A stretch of DNA of 64,000 nucleotides from Isurus oxyrinchus (lineage: Eukaryota): contig JANJGN010000026.1 in NCBI GenBank assembly GCA_026770705.1, forward strand, positions 40,052,001 to 40,116,000. Reading direction: 5' to 3'. Made by a program: the position numbers and the translations under genes. The notes under the pieces are model-generated. The model did not search any database. It was not told where the DNA came from and worked only from the letters and a program-made list of their open reading frames with translations. Position 1 is the first letter of the stretch, and every line of letters starts with the position of its first letter. Below are positions 1 to 11,629 of the stretch, one piece after another.

Positions 1-1400
1 TACAGTCAATGACAAGTGTACAGCCCGAGGAGTTTTACACAGTTAACCGGCCTTCGGCGCACTATACCTGAAAAGTTCTAGGCAGTGGCCTTTCCCCATT
101 GCACCTTTGCAGCGACTGCCCCAAGCTTTAGTGGATCTCCCTGCACGTAGTCTTGGACTTTGGTATTTGTCAGTGTGCAATGCTCGGCCATGATCAATTC
201 TTTGCACTCGGGGACCAGCAAGTTTCAGGCAGAAAAAGGAACCATTTTAACCGAGTTGAACATCCTTCAGCAGTAGTTGATATCTGTCGCTGTGCGTCCC
301 TGGAAACTTCCCACAGAGCTTAGAGTCCTGCGTGACAGATCTGTTGGGGTGACTAACTCCACTGCATCCCCTTCTTTGCAAAGCCACATTCTAGAAGGAG
401 TTGTTCCACTGTCTGTACACCACCGCAGCTGCTTTTGAGGCAGCGTGCGGTGGCACAGAGATTTAGGGCGTGCATGAAGGAGCTGATGGGGAGGGCCTTT
501 CTCACCACCACACAGCCACGGCCTTGGTGTTTGATTGAAAGTTCTGGTGCTGAGGTATTTTCGCCAATGACTTTGACAATCTGCTCAAGGATCCATCCGA
601 CAAGGCCCAACATCTCCATCTACCTCAGGGCCGATAGGATGGAACGTGCTGACCGCTGTCTCATGGATTTGTGGTCAGTGAATGTTTTTTTTGTACAAAC
701 CTTTCCCACCAGGGATGGATGAATGGACATAGAGCAACTACTTGGAGCGTTCTGAGGTACAGTGGCCAGACTCATTCTTTGCAACACTGGGGACAGGTAG
801 TGACTGCATTTAGTGACACTTGTTGTTCACTTATTAAGGGTCTACACAAGGCTTGATCCAGGCACACGTAAAGGCGGCCATCAGGATGAGGGTGATGTGA
901 GGCATGTTTCCTTGCCTCCGCCCCACCCCACCTCCACCCCTATTCCAGAGCTTCGCACATGTTGTCCCTGTGGGCACGCTCCATCTTTGACCTCCGGATG
1001 AAGCAGAATATGATTTCGTGGACTGCTGCCATGCAGCATCTAGTTGCAGGGCTTACATTATGTACAGCAACACTGAGGGCATTTCACACCTGATGAGCAG
1101 GTTGATATTCGCAATGGAGAGACAGAGTCGCTCCCTCATGCCCAGTTCCTGCCTCACCTTAGCTATACGTCCTTCCCAGGCTCAGGCGCACGGTCCGGAC
1201 TCTCACAACCATATCTCCAGGTAGTCTGACCTGACGATGAAGAGGGCAAAGGGTCTGTCGGCCCAAAAATCATGTACTAGCTCTTGCCACGATTCACCTT
1301 AGCTCTGAGGCCAGTTTAAACTGGGCGCAGGTGTTCATGACTGACTGCGGGTCCGAGTATAAGACAGTGACATTGTCTATATACAGGGAGACGTTGACTT
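1..1400 (-). mobile_element. Degenerate L1/Tx1-clade LINE ORF2 3' part
   Basis: Minus-strand frames give Tx1-like motifs: CGGVQTVEQLLLECGFAKK (zf-RVT-like), C-terminal KVQDYV...LKLGAVAAKVQWGKAT, and FWADRPFALFIVRSDYL; frameshifted. Confidence 0.75.
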
Positions 1401-1719
1401 GTCCGCCTCCACTGCCTGAGATCAAACCGCTTAAACCTCCAACACCCCCCCGTCCGCCCCCACCCCCTCCCCCCCCCCTCCACAACCACCCCCCGTCCCG
1501 GCCATCCTTCCTGATTGGCTCAGTTTTATGCAAAATATGAAGAAGGCAGAGGAGAGAGGGCAGCCCTCTCTGATTTGATTCTTGATTTGATCGGAAACCT
1601 TTTCAGTTCTCACCTATTGACTCAAACCGTGCGACTGATCTTTGTGTAGAATAGCTGTATTTGATTGTGGATTCCACACCCAAACTACGTTTTGGAGAAC
1701 ATAAGCGTCATCATTCCTG

Positions 1720-2062
1720 ATAAACCAGCCAATCGTGTGCCTGGGAAATCCCTTCAGTTTCTCAGTAAGTGAAGCCTGATCCTGATCTGAGTTACACTTT
1801 AATATCAGAAGGAACAACATATTTGGAACATTCTCTGATTTTCTGTCGAACTCCAAACCAGACACCTTGTTCTCCCTATGTTCCCTTACTACTGATAATA
1901 ACGGTCTTCCTACTCTTTCAGTGTATGCTTAAATAATGGGTCTCGCTTCCATAAATAATGTTGCTCAGACTTTCGAAACTTTCTGCATTTGTCTTACATG
2001 AATGAGTGCCGTGTCCGTCTGAATTGACATTCTGGAAGGACAGTGCATAGCAGTGAACTGGA
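1720..2062 (+). pseudogene. TCR alpha/delta V relic: promoter/5'UTR, decayed leader and 5' stub of V exon (DSVSQDP family)
   Basis: Collinear homology with promoter, leader and exon start of the V at 21570-21930; ATG lost; exon breaks off after ILEGQCIAVN. Confidence 0.7.
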
Positions 2063-2458
2063 GAGTTTCATTCCCTCCATCGGTTTGGTCTCTAAACATG
2101 CAAACACTCTCTTATCAGGACGATAGCCCAGCTTGTGGTCAGCAGCCAGCTCACCACCATCACTGTATACACAAGGAAGCGACCTGAGAGAGTCCTGAGA
2201 CACGGCAGCAGAGTATTGAGGATTAGAACTGCTGTCCTCAAATATGCTTCTTTGCAGATTCAGTCGGATTGGAATCTGCAGTTTGTTTTCTCGGCCACTA
2301 GGAAACTGTTGGGTGACAGTTTGATCCGAGGTGAATGTGGTTTCCTCTCGGTTTGTGTTTGAATGGCCGATAGCATCGCTGAACATTGTGGCTGCATCTG
2401 CCCGAGATTCTACACATAAACCCAAATGGACAGGAGTTCCGAGTCACAGTTCAAAGAC

Positions 2459-2497
2459 AGTTTGCGCACAGGGGTGAGACTGTTTTCCATCACGGTG
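2459..2497 (-). other. 23-RSS
   Basis: CACCGTG + 23 nt + GCGCAAACT directly after V exon. Confidence 0.85.
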
Positions 2498-2956
2498 AGT
2501 GTGAGAGTGCAGCAATACACGGCAGCGTCAGTCAGCTGCAGACCCGAGATGGTTCAACTGGTGAATTTCGTGGAGGACTGGAACTCGACTGGGAAACGGA
2601 TTTGGGCAAAATTTGTTTTTTCTTCATAACCGCTCGTGGCCTTCAGCAACAAAAACCCGAGCTGGGCGTCTAGATGTAGCCTATATCAGTATAGCCAAGA
2701 GCTGTTTTTTGTCGTATGATAGCTACAGCTTAAAGTCACCACTTCGCCTTTTGCCTGAGCATCTGAGGGCAGCGGCTCTTACAAAATCTCCATGAATTAG
2801 TTCTGAACATGTTGAAACAGAAAATAAATCAGACCAGCGGGTGTTTAACATTTAAAGGATGTGCGGAAAATGTGAAAGATGAAGATGAAATGTGTGTGGT
2901 CCTCGATTACCTGTCAGTAATGCTCCCCACAGAACCCAGAGGCTGAGTTGCCACAT
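2498..2956 (-). pseudogene. TCR V pseudogene (delta-like); leader 2911-2956, V exon 2498-2802
   Basis: Leader MWQLSLWVLWGALLT|gtaatc; exon ...GEVVTLSCSYHTTKNSSWLY*YRL...RFPVEFQSSTKFTS*TISGLQLTDAAVYCC; two stops and a frameshift. Confidence 0.9.
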
Positions 2957-3106
2957 TGTCGCTGTCTGCTCTGTAAAAGGGGAGTTGAATATTTGAAGAC
3001 ACCTGTTCTAAACCCCTTCATCATTAATATGCTGTCGTGTCTCAGGGTGTTCTCACCTCACTTCCTTATGTCCTCAGTGGTGCTGTGAGAGCGGTACTTG
3101 GTGAGC

Positions 3107-3285
3107 TGGTCCTCAGTGAATGTAAACACACCGAACTGGACTATGGTCAGTGCCTTTATAGGGGGAATGGCTCAGCTTTGGAAGCCGAGGGTGGTGTTCT
3201 GGTTGTCAGTGTATTTAAATGCTCAAAGCTGGACGATATTTAGTGTGCTCATAGGGGGAATGTTTCAGATTTAGCTACCGATGTA
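3107..3285. repeat. Diverged ~90-bp direct repeat upstream of the 2956 leader
   Basis: ctggt..tcagtg.at.taaa...ctggac.at...tagtg...atagggggaatg..tcag.ttt occurs twice. Confidence 0.55.
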
Positions 3286-3498
3286 ACAGTGGCTGATTAT
3301 TGTAACTGGAAAACTCAAGGCTGACCTGACCAGAAGGAGAGTCGGAACAGTGACTCCGCTGAGATTTCCCTCAAGTGTCAGTTAACTATTGAGCTAAGAA
3401 CGATTCTGTGTTTTGTCTCAGTGATTTATAACGGTGATATCTGTTGTTACTGAACAAGTACTTGAGCAAACCTAGAGGAATTAACATAGATCAATTCA

Positions 3499-3825
3499 GC
3501 AAGGCTCCTTCGACCGCACCTTCCAAACCCACGACCATTACCATCTAGAAGGACAAGGCAGCGGATAGATGAGAGTACCACCATCTGGAAGTTCCCCTCC
3601 GAGTCACTCACCATCCTAACATGAAAATATATCACCGTTCCTTCACTGCCGCTGGATGAAAATCTTGGAACTTCTTTCCTTACAGCACTCTGGATGTACC
3701 TACACCACCTGGACTACAGCAGTTCAAGAAGCAGCTCACCATCACTTTCTCAATGGCAAGTATGGATGGGCAATAAATGCTGGCCGAGCCAGCGAAGTCC
3801 ACACCCCGTGAATGAGTAAAAGAAA
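3499..3825 (+). mobile_element. L2/CR1-group LINE 3' end
   Basis: Matches the 3' parts of the LINE copies at 27830-28140 and 48260-48595; ends gggcaataaatgctggcc...gaatgagtaaaag. Confidence 0.85.
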
Positions 3826-5194
3826 AGCTCTCCCTATAATTTAAATAACATTTCGAGCACTGACCCCTGCTGCAGTTTATACTTAAAACTTTGTTAGAAA
3901 CTCAGTGGTGGATTCTGCCTCTCTGTACAAGTAAGGATATATTTAAAAACCCATAACCTCCAGAACCTTCGGATTTGTAAATGAGATTGCGTCGCATCGA
4001 CTCTCTGCATCCAGTTACTGAAGGCAGAACACTCCGAGCGGGTCCAAAGCTCCCAGGGTGAGATGCAGGCTGAATACTCATTAACAAGAACTAACACCCA
4101 TAGTGCATGAAAAACTGTCCTTACAACTCTCGTTCAGGTTAGAAGAAGATGTGGTGCAGGGAGAAGCAAAATAAAAGGGGTTTGAATTGTCTTTCACTCC
4201 TTTATCATCGATCCCCACCCTTGATACAATGAATGGCTTCAGAAAACACAGCTCATCACATATGTTCGTCATATTTTAGTATCTTTCCCCATCTTCAGAA
4301 ATATCATCTCAGGGTGTATTCATCATTTATATTTTAATATCCCTTTCCCCATCTTCCAGACCTTTCATTCACTTGCCTTGCCCAGTGATTAGTATCAGAT
4401 TTTAATCCTTCGACATCGCTTTCTGAGGATCATTAAGGAAAAGCTGCTGTGGGGATAGAAACAGAGGTAGATTGCTGACTGTGATTGATATACTTTCAAA
4501 ATACATTGAGAATTAAAGTTGGGGTATCCGGCCCTCACCATGGACCTCTGTTAATGCAGGGCAAACATGCAAAACTTTCAATAGCTTCATTTTCCAACCC
4601 AGTCACCCAGAATAGCCACATGAAGATAAAATGAATGTCCCAATTGGATACATCATATTTCATGACAGTGATTAGAATCATAAAATTATGGCATGGGTAC
4701 AGCACAGAGGAAGGCCATTCATCGCATCTTATCCGTGCCGGCCCTCTGTGAGAGTAGCTAAGCCAGAATCAGCACCTTTCCCCCATGACCTGCAAATCAT
4801 TTACGAAATTCCAGCAAGATCAGTTCTCTGGAAAATCTTTTCTTATCATTGATCGATTCACTTTTTGATCTCTTAATTTTCTGGAGAATGGCTAACGCGG
4901 CAGCCTCTTATCTGTTTGTTCTCCGGCATCTAACCAGGTGGCTGACGTGTTCCTCAACAACACGTCCGATATTCGGGCTGGTTGCAGTTTGCAAACGTCA
5001 AAAGCAATTGGTGACAATTCACTTTGGTGGCCCAGTCAAGTCTTCACAATCTGCCCGAAACCAACCTTCACCCACTGCGGCTCTGTGTTCAAATTTGTCC
5101 AGACAAAGTGGATCCAGACCTATTTTTCCGGTGGAAGGTCATTGGATTGAGCAGTGAGTCAGAAAGTTTACCTTTTCAGGCACTTGGGACTACC

Positions 5195-5935
5195 GAACTG
5201 GAGAGGATGCAAAGGAGATTTACCAGGATTTTGCCTGGGATGAAATATTTAAGTTATGAAGAGAGGTTGGATAGACTTGGGTTGTTTTCGTTGGAGCAGA
5301 GAAGACTGAGGGGCGACTGGATCGAGATGTTCAAGATTATGAGGGGCATGGACAGGGTGGATAGGGAGGAGCTGTTCCCCTTAGTTGAAGGATCAGTCAC
5401 AAGGGGGCATAAGTTCAAGGTGAGGGGCTGGAGGTTTAGGGGGGATGTGAGGAATTTTTTTTTTTTTACCCAGAGGGTGGTGACGTCTGGAATGCACTCC
5501 TTGGGAGGGTGGTGAACGCGGGTTGTCTCACATACTTTAACAAGAGTAGTAGTTGTCAGGAATTCGCTGCCCAAGTTGGTAGTAGACGCAGAAACTTTAA
5601 ACCCTTTTAAAAAGTACCTGCAACTGCACCTAAAGTGCTGTAAGCTGCAGGGCTATGGGCGGGGTGCAAAACGGTGTGATTAGAAAGGGCACCTGGGTGT
5701 CCTCGGGCTAGCATGGATAAGATGGGCCGAATGACCTCCTTCTGTGCTGTAATTTTTCTCTGGTTTTATGGTTCTAAATACCTGGATGAGCGCTTGGCAC
5801 GTCATAACATACAAGGCTATGGGCGAAGTACTGGTAAATGGGATTAGCTAGGTTGGTCAGGTTTTTCTCGGTGTTGGTGCAGAATCGATGGGCCGAAGGG
5901 CCTCTTCTGCACTCTGTGATTCTGTGATTTTGTGA
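5195..5935 (+). mobile_element. CR1 LINE 3' fragment(s)
   Basis: LERMQRRFTRILPGMKYLSYEERLDRLGLFSLEQRRLRGD...TRGHKFK; nested second tail; ends in (tctgtgat)n. Confidence 0.9.
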
Positions 5936-7287
5936 ATTCAAGGGAGACGTCAGCATTATCGCTGCCAGTAAACGGATTCTCTCAGACAAGGGGTGGGGGG
6001 GGGGGGAGGGGGGGGGGAGTTGTGGGGAGGTGGAGGGGGAGGGAGGTGGCGGCGGTGTTGGGGTTGGGGGAGGTGATGAATACAAACAAGTAAAGCAGCT
6101 GAAACAAAATGTAGAATTTCCTTAAACATTGAACACCAGCAAGGTAAAATGGAAACCACATAGACCTGTTGGTGTTGCTATAATAACTGCAGATGAATGT
6201 GAAAGAGATCCGGGAGTCCACGGGGCTCCAATTTACAGGGAATGCTGTCGAGAACACCTTGGATACTGACAGGAAAGGTTACCTTTTCATGCTATCTTGA
6301 CATTGGCAGGGCCAAAAGGATATCATATCTGTCGTCGCTGCTTAATTGCAGCCTTTGCCTGTACAGCACATGGACAAAACAAGCTTGTGGACGTTGCTTC
6401 TATAATAATATGCCCATTGAAAATGATGTAGCTCCACCTCTCTATGAGAACCATGTTAGCCCCAGGTTCGCGAAATGAACTCCAATATTATTATTTAACT
6501 GCAAATGCCTTCACCATTGATCTCGGATTGAAGTGTGCGGGTGAAAACAGACTTTGGATGACAGAAAAATCCCAACCCAATCGGAATTGTAATTCCTAAT
6601 GGCAAATGTATTTAATTTCAAACTTTCAAGTTGAGTAGCTGGCTTATTTGTAATCAAGTAAACTATGAAATTATTGGCATTAGCAAAGATAGAATATTAT
6701 GAGTTCAAATCGAAGGGCTGAAGTATTTTTTTTTCGTTAATTTAGATGAAAGCAAATGCCAGTCAGCATTCTTTGGGGCAATATGGCCAGTGGCAGACAC
6801 AACGAATTGGCACCGCCACCTGCTGGCCTGGTTTAAATGAACACCTTTGGGAGGATCTCGGAGATCATTGTTCACTATTTGTGTTCTCTCTGTTTTCATT
6901 ATTCGGTCTGATTCAGGATGACGAGGCGAACACCCCTCCCACTTTCAACCAAAGCTGAGCAAGAACCTCCCTCACAGTTAACACTGTGAGGTGGAGTCCC
7001 AGAAGGCTGCTTCTAGCGGGCACAGTGTTCTGGTGTTCGTTAAGATTGATGCACAACAGCACTGACTTCTCCAGAAGCAGCTACCCTGGCCTGGATCTGC
7101 CGACAGTTAATTTACCCAAGTTGATAGGACACGAAATGGTGGCAATTCTGGATTTCACACTCTATCGTCTATGTGAGTGTGGCACACATTATTAAGTGCC
7201 TATAATATCACAAATATTGTAATACATATAGTCTAACAGTATATTATAATATTATATTATATATTATGTTGTACAGTATAATATATA

Positions 7288-7548
7288 TTATTCGTTTATG
7301 GGATGTAGGCGTCGCTGTCTAGGCCACCAGTTATTGCCCATCCCTCCCTAATTGACCTTGATGAAAGGGCATTTGAGAGTCAACCACATTGCTGTGGGAC
7401 CAGAGTCACATGTAGGTCAGGCCAAATAAGGATGGCAGGTTTCCTGCCCTAAAGGGCATAAATGAACCAGATGCTTTTGAAGACAACCGACAGTCGTTTC
7501 ATGGACATATTCCCAGATTTGTATTGAATTCAAATTTCACTATTTGCC
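7288..7548 (-). mobile_element. tRNA-derived SINE with L2-like 3' tail (partial)
   Basis: Homologous to 15430-15790 and 31490-31845. Confidence 0.8.
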
Positions 7549-7575
7549 TGTTTTCGAAATATATGTATGTGTGTA

Positions 7576-7578
<3 letters not shown>

Positions 7579-7610
<32 letters not shown>
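7579..7610. repeat. (TG)n microsatellite
   Basis: Direct. Confidence 0.95.
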
Positions 7611-7613
<3 letters not shown>

Positions 7614-8234
7614 ACTATAATTATGCTATATTCTGTTGGATTGCATTTTCCAGTATTCTATCATCTTGTATTTTGTTATTTTGTATTTTATTATTGTATG
7701 TTATATGGAATTGCGCTATTTTTTTTACAAATTATGTACATTATATCTCATGCAACTGGCAGTAATGGAGTATGACAGTCAGCGGTTGTTGCAGAAGGAG
7801 ACATTGCATCATTGATCTGTTTTACCAAAGTAGCAGGACGGATCAGACGATATCCGGACAGAACAATGCAGCACCTGGTGAGAAGTACCAGCAATCGGAA
7901 CAAGATCAAGGCTTGGCCCAATTTAGCGTAGTGAAGTACTCAGAACGTTGGTGACGCTCGAGTGACAGATGCTGTTTCTGTTTCTTTGAGGCACAATGTG
8001 TCACCTCGCAGTCAGGATCATAGAAAAGCCTCCTGAGGGAGGGGGGGGTGACAGTTTGTAGCCTGTGCCCTTATCAAAGAGCTGGGAGTTTGATAACAAT
8101 CTCCCCGGAAAAGGGCCCTCCGTCTCCCAATAAGTGAATCCTGCCCTGATGATTGCTCACGCTACAAAATCAGACCAGAAGGGTCAACATCCATTTAGCA
8201 TTAATTTATTTCCTGTCAAAATAGATATCAAACA

Positions 8235-8660
8235 CCATATGTTCCATACGTTCCTTTCTGAACTTCTGTGTGGTGGGCCTATGTTTAAATAATCATTGGG
8301 TATTTCATGTTTAAGTCCGGTTCTAGACTTTGGCACATTCTGTGCTTTGTTACAGGCACGAGGGAATGGGAGAGATTAAGAGTCCCTGGATCCTTCTGGG
8401 TTAACGGTCTGGAAAAGAGGTAGTAACGTTAGGCTGCAGTTTCTACATGTCTGATAACTTTCTCTCGCTCTGTTGGTGCATTAATATTCCGGGTGAGCAC
8501 AGAGATATTTTCTGAGGAGATGTAACTCGAGGCATTGAGTTAGTTCTGAATATTTCCATACAGGTTCTCTGTTTCCCTGGACAAGGACCAAAAGAGTAAT
8601 GCAACTGTTTGAGAGACAAACCTGCCAATCTTTCTCCTAGGATTTGTTGGGATCAAAGTT
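8235..8660 (+). pseudogene. Decayed TCR V pseudogene (DSVSQDP-related)
   Basis: ttacag acceptor; SLDPSGLTV...VVTLGCSFYMSDNFLSLCWCINIPG; inverted paralog of 26540-26845. Confidence 0.65.
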
Positions 8661-8713
8661 CCCGCCGGTAAAAGTGCGGAAGCGTACTTAACGGTCTTGT
8701 AAATAGTTGCTGA

Positions 8714-9234
8714 GGTTTTTGTACAGCGTCGTGGCTGTTATCTGGCGCTGTGCCTCACTACAGAGTAATAGACCGCGCTGTCCTCCTCCACACTCAGTCG
8801 GCTTATATTGAGGTAACCAGACCTTGTAGACCTGTCAGCAGCCGCCAGATATTGCCCTCAGATTTTGTCTTCTTTCAGCACTACTGTCCTGCTGATTATC
8901 CAGCCTGGAGTCTGTGCAGGCTTCTGCCGATGCCATTGCATATACTCAATATCCAGGGTTTTATATTCACAATGTAACTGCACAGAACCCCCAGCTAACG
9001 CGGTTGTTGTCAGTGGAGACTGAGTCACTGGATCTGCAAATAGTCCGCCTGTGGAGTTAGAGGTACAAAAAAGCACAAGGTTCAATCTAAACCTGCATCT
9101 ATCTGTTTGTGCAAATTCCCACCTATCAAGCTGTCTAATCGCATTACATCCTATTGCAAACTCTTTGCATCAATCTGCTAACTTGCCTTGATGAACACAG
9201 TCCAGTACTTACTATCTAGTATTATCAGGAACAT
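8714..9234 (-). pseudogene. TCR V pseudogene (DPVTQSP family); leader 9213-9234, exon 8753-9048, 23-RSS 8714-8752
   Basis: ADPVTQSPLTTTALAGGSVQLHCEYK...WHRQKP...KI*GQYLAAADRS...DSAVYYSVVR; stop and C104S; leader shortened; CACAGCG-23-ACAAAAACC. Confidence 0.92.
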
Positions 9235-9354
9235 GCCTGAGTGAATCTCTCTCCGTGAATGTGAATGGAATGAGTCAGAGAGTGAGAAGAAGATAGGAAA
9301 CCCGGGCTCTGTTTAACTCATTGTTCCACCCACACACTGCTGGGGGCCAGGCCC

Positions 9355-9452
9355 ATCGTGACCTCACTCAGGCTACCATCCTTATTGGCTCTGGTGTTGG
9401 TCACGCGTGACTTTCTAATCAACATGTATAAACCTGGCGCCATCTGCTGGCA
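9355..9452 (-). promoter_or_regulatory. V promoter: TGAGGTCA (CRE-like), CCAAT, CACGCG/CACGTG box, CTCF-like motif
   Basis: Same motif order conserved at 25494-25590 plus 25875-25890 and at 60025-60120. Confidence 0.65.
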
Positions 9453-10492
9453 GATTCTGTTCAATTTGGTTGAGAATAGGGCCTTTGGGTGGCTGTGGAA
9501 TTCATTGGTATACATATTAAAACAAGCATGCCAGATATTGTTTCCAAGGAATTGAAATTGGAGCTTATCAGACTCAGGGTTTCTTTTGTGTTTATGCCAG
9601 AGAATAATGCATTTCTTTCTATATTACTGTTTGAAAATCAAGGAAAAACTATTTAGATAGGATGATAATATATAAGATATTACACATTAGAAGTAATGCA
9701 CGAGGCAGGTACTAAGTGTGGCGGCCTTAAATGTAAACAGACGAGGAAAACTGGCGTTATTCTTTTATGAAAGGATTTAAAGGAGATACATAATTGAAGT
9801 AGTCAAAATGATAAGAGATCTGATGTAATAAATCGTGCATTATTGTATCCAGTGGCAGAAAATTCGATAACGCATACACCCCATTTTCAGAGAAGAAAAT
9901 GTAAGAAAAAATAAGCAAAAATGTGAAATTCACTCATTACACTGTGTTGAAACCTAAAATACACGACCTAAAGGATGGAAGAAGAACATTCAATCTTAAC
10001 CTTCAAAAAGAAATTGTTTGCAAGTTGAAAATGAGAAAACTTGCCCCTCATGCTGAAACTGCAGGAGTTGAAAGGCGGTTTTGATAACTCTTCCAAACAG
10101 ACACAGGGATGGTAAGGCAAATAATCTAATTCAGTGGTTTAAAATTATATGATTCAAGTTTCTTCATGCCTCTTCTGCTCTATTTGCTCTCTGTCACTTG
10201 AACAGTGAGCAGCTGCAGGATTGTCACAAACTTGTGAAATTTCAACCGTCGCTATTTCCGCTCCCTCAGTTCAGAGAGCAGCTGAGAGTTATCGCGCACT
10301 TCACTTAATATTGAGTCTGCGGTATCCCCGCCCACAGTTGGTCAGTCTCTGACCCGATTATGTTATTGGAACGATTGCTGGCGCTGGTTCATTCTTCTCA
10401 TTGTTTGGCTGGGCACTGCAGTGGGGCGGGGGTCTGTATTTCTGCTTTGACACAGGATTTTTTGCATGTAAGTTACAGACTCATGACGTATC

Positions 10493-11038
10493 AAGGGGAA
10501 CAATTTCACTCCGCTTTTCATTGTTGTATCATTTCTCAGCAAGCATCTCCTTCCCCGTAAAGTCCACTGTCCTCCTGATCGCTGTGACCCAGATGTCATT
10601 GTTGTTAAAATAAGAGTGATGGCGGTGATGATGATTATGTTGACCGACACGAAGCTGATGCTGACTATTGTTTTTACTTTTCTTTAATGTTAGAATGGGA
10701 CAACAAAGGCACAGTAGAACAGCCGGTTCATGAAATACTGGATGAAGAGGAAATTAATGCTGCACAAACTTGCATTTTTAAAGCAAGCAATCGCAGCTTT
10801 TATGTGTAGTGGCACAGTGAGCATCCCAGGCAGCCTCCAGAGTGGAAGCTTCATCATGTTCGAAAGAATGTGTACAGGAGCGCCGATATCAATCATTGGT
10901 TTTCTTCTTCGCTTAATTAGAAATGCCAAGATCGTTGATCTAACGATCGGCAACACATTGATTTCCCACTCTGCCGTGTATTTCTGTGCCATGAGCCAAA
11001 CACTGCTGCAGAGAGATCGTGGAACGAAGACAAAAACT
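10493..11038 (+). pseudogene. TCR V pseudogene (TVEQ family); exon ~10694-10998, RSS 10999-11038
   Basis: Leader ATG>AAG and donor GT>GC; KGTVEQPVHEILDEEEINAAQTCIF...YV*WHS...ISHSAVYFCAMS; frameshift; AACACTG-24-ACAAAAACT. Confidence 0.9.
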
Positions 11039-11057
11039 CACAGTTTTTTCAATTACC

Positions 11058-11075
11058 GGTCAGCAGAGGGCGCTG
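11058..11075 (+). promoter_or_regulatory. CTCF-like motif ~20 bp 3' of RSS
   Basis: GGTCAGCAGAGGGCGCTG. Confidence 0.6.
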
Positions 11076-11629
11076 TCACACCCACAAAAAAAGGAAGAAT
11101 TCTACTTCGAATGTGAGGTCACGCGGACCTTTTCAAAAGATCATCACATTCAACAAGAACAGCTAATTACATTAGCTTGTCTTTAAAATTTGAATTTATA
11201 ATAAAAACGAACTTTGTAAATGGCAATGTAATGCTTCAATCCCACTTATCCTTTTCGACGCATTTCCCTGCTGACTTCTTTCTTATCATCCCTTCTCCTT
11301 TCGGTAAAAAAAATGTGTACAGTTTCTTCTTTCAGTCTTTGATTTAAGGAGATGGCCCTTTGCTACTTCTCTGGGTATTAATTCACAACCCCTCCAACCC
11401 CGATGCCTATAGATTCAGCCCTGGATACGAGAGGTTATTCATGAAAAAAATTGCCTTTAATTGAATAATATAATAATCCTGATACGCCTGTCCCGAATCT
11501 GCTCGTCCCCAGTATGGAATGAATATGTGAGTGCCGCAACTCTTCTAGAGAGACAAACTTATATCCTTTTCGAAGCGGATATTACTACTGGTTCGCTTCC
11601 TTGCAGATGAATCCGAATGTATGATATCA

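Larger units (their letters stand above)
7136..8030 (+). pseudogene. Decayed TCR V pseudogene with 23-RSS (7992-8030); probable leader 7136-7172
   Basis: MVAILDFTLYRL|gtgagt; exon ~7755-7991 ...AVVAEGDIASLIC...RRYPDRTMQHLV...GDARVTDA; CACAATG-23-AGAAAAGCC; intron enlarged by a SINE and (TG)n. Confidence 0.7.

Noticed and set aside
1520-1540. Ig-type octamer promoter (ATGCAAAA) suggesting an IgHV/TAILV segment
   Set aside because: Imperfect octamer, and the downstream relic belongs to a TCR-type family; no IgH-like V (e.g. WVRQ, LEW) found in the window.
3890-4100. Possible very decayed minus-strand V (YLYRE...EFL)
   Set aside because: No recognisable Cys motifs, splice sites or RSS.
6969-7059. 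CACTGTG...32 nt...CACAGTG, D-segment-like, within a 9-bp inverted repeat (CCTCACAGT-TAAC-ACTGTGAGG)
   Set aside because: No nonamer at 12 or 23 nt on the 5' side and only a weak one on the 3' side; more likely chance or a V relic.
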